This document shows, piece after piece, positions 59,115 through 64,000 of a stretch of 64,000 nucleotides of DNA. Numbering within the stretch: position 1 is the first letter of the stretch; each line of letters opens with the position of its first letter. The stretch is from an uncultured Actinomycetes bacterium. Its GTDB lineage: Bacteria; Actinomycetota; UBA4738; JBBDTT01. The DNA is taken from assembly GCA_963742735.1 (NCBI GenBank), contig CAVUMN010000004.1, forward strand, positions 704,001 to 768,000, written 5' to 3'. The translations under genes and the position numbers were made by a program. The notes below the pieces were generated by a model. The model worked only from the letters and a program-made list of their open reading frames with translations. It was not told where the DNA came from and made no database searches.

Positions 59115-59722
59115 GGGACCCGCAGCCGGTCGGCGAATTCCAGGAGGTCTTCCAAGGACTGACCGCCGAATCCGAACACCTCTGTGAGGTGCTCGCCTTC
59201 GATCCACACGAGGTACGCGGATCCGCTCGGAGTACCGGGGGCGCCGGCACCAGTCACGCCTCGCACCTCGAGCAGCTTTCCACTGTCCCAGAACCCCCCT
59301 TCGATGCTCTCGGACGCATCCTTCGCGTAGTCCTCGGAGCTCCGAGCGTCGTCGGTGTATGTGACCCAGATGCCATTGCCGAGGATGAGTCCGAGGTTCA
59401 AGCTGCCGAGTGCCCATCGTTCCGTCACCCACCCTGACCGCGAGTTGCTCGGCGGCGGTCCCGGACACTGGCATCGAGAAAGCATCGAATTCGCTTCCGC
59501 CTTGGAGACCGGCCGACCGCCTGGGAACGGATGAGGAGGGAGGGAAAACCCCTTTGCCAGCGAGAGGTCAGGTCCTTGCGGGGTGGCCAGAACGACGGGA
59601 GTCCGGTTGACCGACGGCCGTTCGGCACGATGGGACGTCACGAGGTTCAGGCCGAAGCCCACCGTCAGAAGACAGATCCCGACGGCGCTCGCCCGTCTCG
59701 CGACCGTCCAACGCTTCGCCAC
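59111..59722 (-). CDS. Orphan membrane-anchored/secreted protein with atypical composition
   Basis: 203-aa ORF with N-terminal hydrophobic segment; visibly more A/T at third codon positions than its neighbours. Confidence 0.5.
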   Translation of the reverse strand: MAKRWTVARRASAVGICLLTVGFGLNLVTSHRAERPSVNRTPVVLATPQGPDLSLAKGFSLPPHPFPGGRPVSKAEANSMLSRCQCPGPPPSNSRSGWVTERWALGSLNLGLILGNGIWVTYTDDARSSEDYAKDASESIEGGFWDSGKLLEVRGVTGAGAPGTPSGSAYLVWIEGEHLTEVFGFGGQSLEDLLEFADRLRVP

Positions 59723-59775
59723 GGTTTGGTCTCTTCTATCTGCTGCTCAATCAGCTGTACGAGAGGGATGGGTGC

Positions 59776-61080
59776 TCAAGCTTGGACGCCGCCGGCGTTC
59801 GCGGCCCGGTCGAGGGCGGCCGACGCGAGGCGATCGGTCAGGTTCTCGCCGGTCATCAGGCCCTCCGCGAGCGGAACCAGGTCCTCGCCGTCGCGGCCCG
59901 TGACGGGGTAGTGCGCCCACCGCACGCCGAACAGCTGGTAGCGCGACGCACGCGCGCGGGCCCACACCTCGGCCAGTGCGAACGCGCCGGACGCGCGGGC
60001 CTCCGGGGGCGCCTCCAGGAGCAGCAGCGCGAACTGCATGGCCATCGACTCGGCGTCCCACTGATCGAGCCAGGGGCCGACCTCCGCCGCGAGCGCCGGG
60101 TCCAGGCCGTTGCGGCACCCGCCCACCAGGTAGGTCCGCAGCGGACCGGGGTCGCCGGCCAGGGCGGCGTCGACCCACCCGGCCACGTCCGGGTCCTCCG
60201 CGGGGTCGCCGGCCCACGTCCGCGACGCCCGGGCCAGCGGCTCCAGGCCGGGCTCCTCCGCCACCGCGTCGGCCCAGGCCGCCTCGGGATCGACCGACGG
60301 GTCGAGCCAGAACCGCACCCCGGCGGCGAGCCCCACCCGGCTGGCGCGGGCCAGGGACATGAAGTTGAAGAAGACGCCGGAGGTGGCCTCGGGGAGATCC
60401 GGGTCGCGGCCGCGATAGGGCCCCAGGTGGAGCACGCTGGACATCGCGCCGTCGTTGACCGGGTAGTTCTCGGCGAACAGCAGCGGGCGGCCCAGCTCCT
60501 CGGCGAGCGAGCGGGCCATCGCGCCTTCGACGCGCGGGCTGACGATCGAGGGGCCGGTCCACATGGCGTCGGCGCCCTCGGGGAGCCCGTCGTGGTAGGC
60601 CCGCAGGTACTCGGTGGCGCGGTTGGTGGCGTAGTCGGTCGGGCAGGTCACCCACCGCACGTCCGGCCCCAGGCGCTGGGCGGCGAACCGGATGCCGCCG
60701 GCGTGGGCCGCGCCCAGGTCGGACCCACCCGGCGGGACGTCGTCGAACGCGACGCCCAGGACGCGCGCCCCGAGCTCGGCGAAGGACTCGAGCTTCGCGG
60801 CGAGGGGCTCCTGGTCGCCCGGGGACCAGTCGAGGCCGGGGGATACGACGAGGGCGACGTCCACGCCGGCGTCGTGGCCGGTCGCCAGCAGCTCACGGAA
60901 TTGATCCTGGCGGTCGGCCGGATAGGGCTCACGCCATCGCTGGCGGTGGAACGGGTCGTCCTTGGGGGCGTAGCCGTAGGCGTTGAACCCGTGGGCGCCG
61001 AGCCATTCCACGAGGTCGAGGCGGTCCTGCGGTTCGAGCGGGGGACCGTAGTACCCCTCGACCGCGCCGAGCCATCTCAT
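59776..61080 (-). CDS. GH84 beta-N-acetylglucosaminidase (O-GlcNAcase/hyaluronidase-like)
   Basis: VEGYYGPP, YAPKDDPFHR..WREPYP, SPGL, FDD catalytic pair, CPTDY, WTGP, NYPVND. Confidence 0.9.
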   Translation of the reverse strand: MRWLGAVEGYYGPPLEPQDRLDLVEWLGAHGFNAYGYAPKDDPFHRQRWREPYPADRQDQFRELLATGHDAGVDVALVVSPGLDWSPGDQEPLAAKLESFAELGARVLGVAFDDVPPGGSDLGAAHAGGIRFAAQRLGPDVRWVTCPTDYATNRATEYLRAYHDGLPEGADAMWTGPSIVSPRVEGAMARSLAEELGRPLLFAENYPVNDGAMSSVLHLGPYRGRDPDLPEATSGVFFNFMSLARASRVGLAAGVRFWLDPSVDPEAAWADAVAEEPGLEPLARASRTWAGDPAEDPDVAGWVDAALAGDPGPLRTYLVGGCRNGLDPALAAEVGPWLDQWDAESMAMQFALLLLEAPPEARASGAFALAEVWARARASRYQLFGVRWAHYPVTGRDGEDLVPLAEGLMTGENLTDRLASAALDRAANAGGVQA

Positions 61081-61095
61081 CGCCTTCGGGCTCCA

Positions 61096-61124
61096 TTGCC
61101 GGGCCCCACGGCGGTAGGTAAGGT
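61096..61124 (+). promoter_or_regulatory. Putative primary-sigma promoter of nagA
   Basis: TTGCCG-N17-TAAGGT. Confidence 0.5.
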
Positions 61125-61145
61125 GCCCTTCCGAATGCCCATCGC

Positions 61146-62200
61146 ATGCTCAGGATAAGTGCGCCCGCACCGCCGGACGGCCCGCCCGTCACGGTGGCCG
61201 TCGATGGGTCCTCGTTCGCCGCTCCGGACGGTGCCGCCGTCGAGCTCCCCGAGGGATGGGCGATCACCGCCGGGCTGATCGACCTCCAGGTCAACGGGCT
61301 CGAGGGCCTGTTCCCGGTGGTGGACCCGGCGTCGCTGCCGGCGCTCGATCGCGAGCTCGCCGCGCGCGGCGTGGCCGGCTACCTGGTGGCGGTGCCCTCC
61401 GGCGATCCGGAGCAGGTCCGGGCCCTGGCGGACGCGGCGGAGGCGTTCGCCGCCGAGCCGGGGTCGGGGCTGCTCGGCCTGCACCTGGAGGGGCCGGTCC
61501 TGGCGCCCGAGTATCGCGGCGCGCACCGCGAGGAGCAGCTGCGCCCCGGGGACGACCCCGAGGCGCTGGCGCTGCTCGATCTTCCCGGCGTGCGGCTGGT
61601 GACCGTGGCTCCGGAGGTCCCGGGAGCGCTGGCCTACGCGCGGGCGGCTCAGGACCGGGGCATCGTCGTGGCCGCCGGCCACACCGGCGCGACGGCGGAG
61701 CAGGCCCGTGAGGCCATCGACGCCGGCATCCGGCTGGTCACCCACGTCTTCAACGCCATGACCCCGGTCCACCAGCGCGCCCCGGGGCTGCGCTGGCCTA
61801 CCTGCAGCATCCGAACGCTCGCGTCGCGTTCATCGCCGACGGCGTCCACCTGCACGACGACCTGGTCGAGCTCATCCTCGCCACCGCTCCGGACCGTTGC
61901 CTGCTGGTCAGCGACGTCGCGCCCAACGACGGGGTGGACCCGGATCACGACGGGCTGGCCGGGTCGGCGGCCACGATCGCCGACGGGGTTCGCCGCGTGG
62001 CGACCGTCCACGGGCTGGGCCTCACGGCGGCCGTCCGCCTGGCCAGCGAGCGTCCGGCCGAGGTGCTCGGGGACCCGAACCGCGGGCGGCTCGAGCCCGG
62101 GGCGCGGGCCGACATGACGATCTGGGCAGCCGACGGCGCGGTCGCCGCGACCTTCCGCGGCGGCCGGCTGGTGCACCGTTCGGACGCCCTCAGCCTGTAG
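61146..62200 (+). CDS. nagA: N-acetylglucosamine-6-phosphate deacetylase, frameshift at ~61790
   Basis: GLIDLQVNG, GLHLEGP, GAH, VTVAPE, AGHT, THVFNAM; after the shift IADGVHL, LVSD, LAGS, NRGRLEPGARAD. Confidence 0.9.
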
Positions 62201-62212
62201 CCCGGCGGCGCC

Positions 62213-64000
62213 TCACCGGACGGTGCGGGCGCCCTCGAGGAAGACCGAGCGGAGCAGGTCGGGGCGCTTCAGGAGCTGGGCGGTGGGGCCCGAGAATCGG
62301 ACCTCGCCCTTCTCCATGAAGTAGGCGCGCTCGGCCAGGGTCAGCGCGACGTTCACCGACTGCTCGACCAGGACCACCGTCACCCCGTCCGCGTTCATCC
62401 GCCGGACCGCCTCCAGCAGCTCCTGGACGACCGTCGGCGCGAGCCCCAGGGACAGCTCGTCGATGAGCAGCAGCTTCGGCCGCAGGAGGAAGGACTGGGC
62501 CAGGGTGAGCATCTGCCGCTCGCCGCCCGAGAGCAGCCCCGCGCGCTGGCGGCGGCGCTCCTTCAGACGGGGGAACATCGCGAGCGCCTCGGCCATCCGC
62601 TGTTCCGCGATCTCGCCGTCGTGGCGGAGCAGGAACGCGCCCATCCGAAGGTTCTCCTCGACGGTCAGCCCCGGGAACACGCCCCGCCCGCCGGGGACCT
62701 GGACGATGCCCCTGGCGACGGTGTGCTCCGGCGCCTCGCCGGTCACCGGCTCGCCCTCGAACCACACGTTGCCGCCGTCGGGCTCCACGATCCCCGAGAT
62801 CGCGTTCAGCGTCGTGGACTTGCCGGCGCCGTTCGTGCCGAGCAGCGCCACCACCTCGCCCCGGCGGATCTCGAGGTCGACGCCGAACAGGACCCGCACA
62901 CCGCCGTAGGAGACCGTCAGGCCCTTGACCTCCAGCAGGACGGCGGCCTCGCCCTGCCTTCGCGGCGTGTTCGGGGGCAGCCGCTCGACGTCGTCGTCCA
63001 GGTAGCGCGCGGCCTGGAAGAAGTACAGGACGCCGCGGAGGAACACCGGCGCCATCGACGAACGGCCCACCGCAAGCTGGCCTCCGCCGAGCGACGCCAG
63101 CAGACGTCCACCCGACGCCCGCCAGCGCGACGAGCCGCCCGAGGGCGAACGCCGACGCGCGGATCTCGGGCGGCGCGACGCTCGCGATCACCGCCAGCAG
63201 GCCCGGGGTGACGAACGCGAACACCGCGACGACGACCCAGATCAGGAACACCAGCGGGGCAGGCTCGGCGCGATGGGCAGGATCGCCAGGGCGATTCCAG
63301 CGAGCACGCCGGACCAGCACAGGATCCGCATCCCGTCGCTCGGCCTGGCGTCGATGCGGCGCTGCATCACCGTGGTGCCGATGATCACGCCGGCGATCGA
63401 GATCGCCGTGCCGGCCGCGAAGAGCAGGGAACGCTGTCCGGGGCGCACATCCCCACTCCTCCTCGAGGAAGAACTGGAGAGCGTTGCCCACGCCGAATAC
63501 CGCCCCGGCGGTGAACGCCAGGCCGATCCACTGATAGCGGAGCGACCGCACCGCCCACAGTCGCCGGGCCATCCGCGCGCAGGGGCGGCGCCTCGGGCGC
63601 CTCGATCGCCTCCCACCGTCCGCGCGGCGGGCTCCTTGAGCCGGGCCGCCAGGACCAGGAGCACCAGGGTCGGGATCGCCAGCACGAAGAACGGCACCCG
63701 CCAGCCCAACTGGTCGGCGATGAACCCCGCCAGAACGGCTCCGAACATGATGCCGGCGGGGTTCGCCAGGGAGTGGATGCCGAACGCCTTCACCCGCGCC
63801 CGCGGCGAGTAGAACTCCGCGATCAGCGCGGCATGGATCGGCTCGTTCACGAACCGGCCGAAGCCCGACTGCCCACCCGCGCCACGACCAGCACCCACAG
63901 CGCCGGCGCCAGGCCGGTCAGGAGCGAGAACGCGCCCCACGCCGCCGCGGCCGCGATGGCCATCGGCATGCGCCGCTTCCGGTCCGCGACGTGGGCGACC
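62213..64000 (-). CDS. MFS permease fused to a LivF-type ABC ATPase, 5'-truncated, frameshifted
   Basis: MFS motifs (ADR.RR, IHAALIAEFY..RAR, GWRVPFF.LAIP, VAPPEIRASAF) run via YLDDD into GTNGAGKS, LSGGERQM, IDELSLGLAP. Confidence 0.75.

Noticed and set aside
61091-61135. SAM-riboswitch-like fragments (TTGCCGGG, AAGGTGCC) between GH84 and nagA
   Set aside because: The pieces are in incompatible orientation and lack P1 and the GAGAG core; a TTGCCG-N17-TAAGGT promoter explains them better.
1-64000. CRISPR array, tRNA/rRNA, IS element, prophage or integrase
   Set aside because: I found no regularly spaced repeats, cloverleafs, transposase or phage motifs. The tyrosine-recombinase-like motifs at 2223-3276 belong to TopIB.

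Overview
A very GC-rich, gene-dense bacterial chromosomal window, most consistent with a deep-branching Actinomycetota lineage (inferred from gene content and leaderless-type promoters). It holds about 56 CDS and no rRNA, tRNA, CRISPR array or transposase that I can see. Contents in order: a stress block (TopIB, TrpS, AAA ATPase, YihY, hemerythrin); many secreted hydrolases (penicillin acylase-like, CocE/NonD, S1 protease, M6 protease, GDPD, GH5 endoglycoceramidase-like); a Liv-type ABC operon with two unexplained accessory genes and an alkylsulfatase; two P450s; GlgB; a DEAD-box helicase; and a ROK/GH84/NagA/ceramidase-like block ending in an MFS-ABC ATPase fusion. Several genes, including essential trpS, have single-base frameshifts, most likely long-read errors. 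Best signals outside the ORF track: (1) a complete SAM-I/IV-type riboswitch upstream of a class III cyclase-STAND ATPase-TPR gene rather than a methionine gene; (2) a recurring AGG(A/T)-N18-GAA(C/T) promoter, resembling Bacillus sigma-H, in front of secreted hydrolases, plus an orphan N17 copy aimed at a ~92-nt hairpin (candidate sRNA); (3) a possible glycosphingolipid/amino-sugar catabolic cluster; (4) unusual fusions (USP-USP-Rieske, cupin-zinc ribbon). All calls come from reading motifs by eye; no database searches were run.
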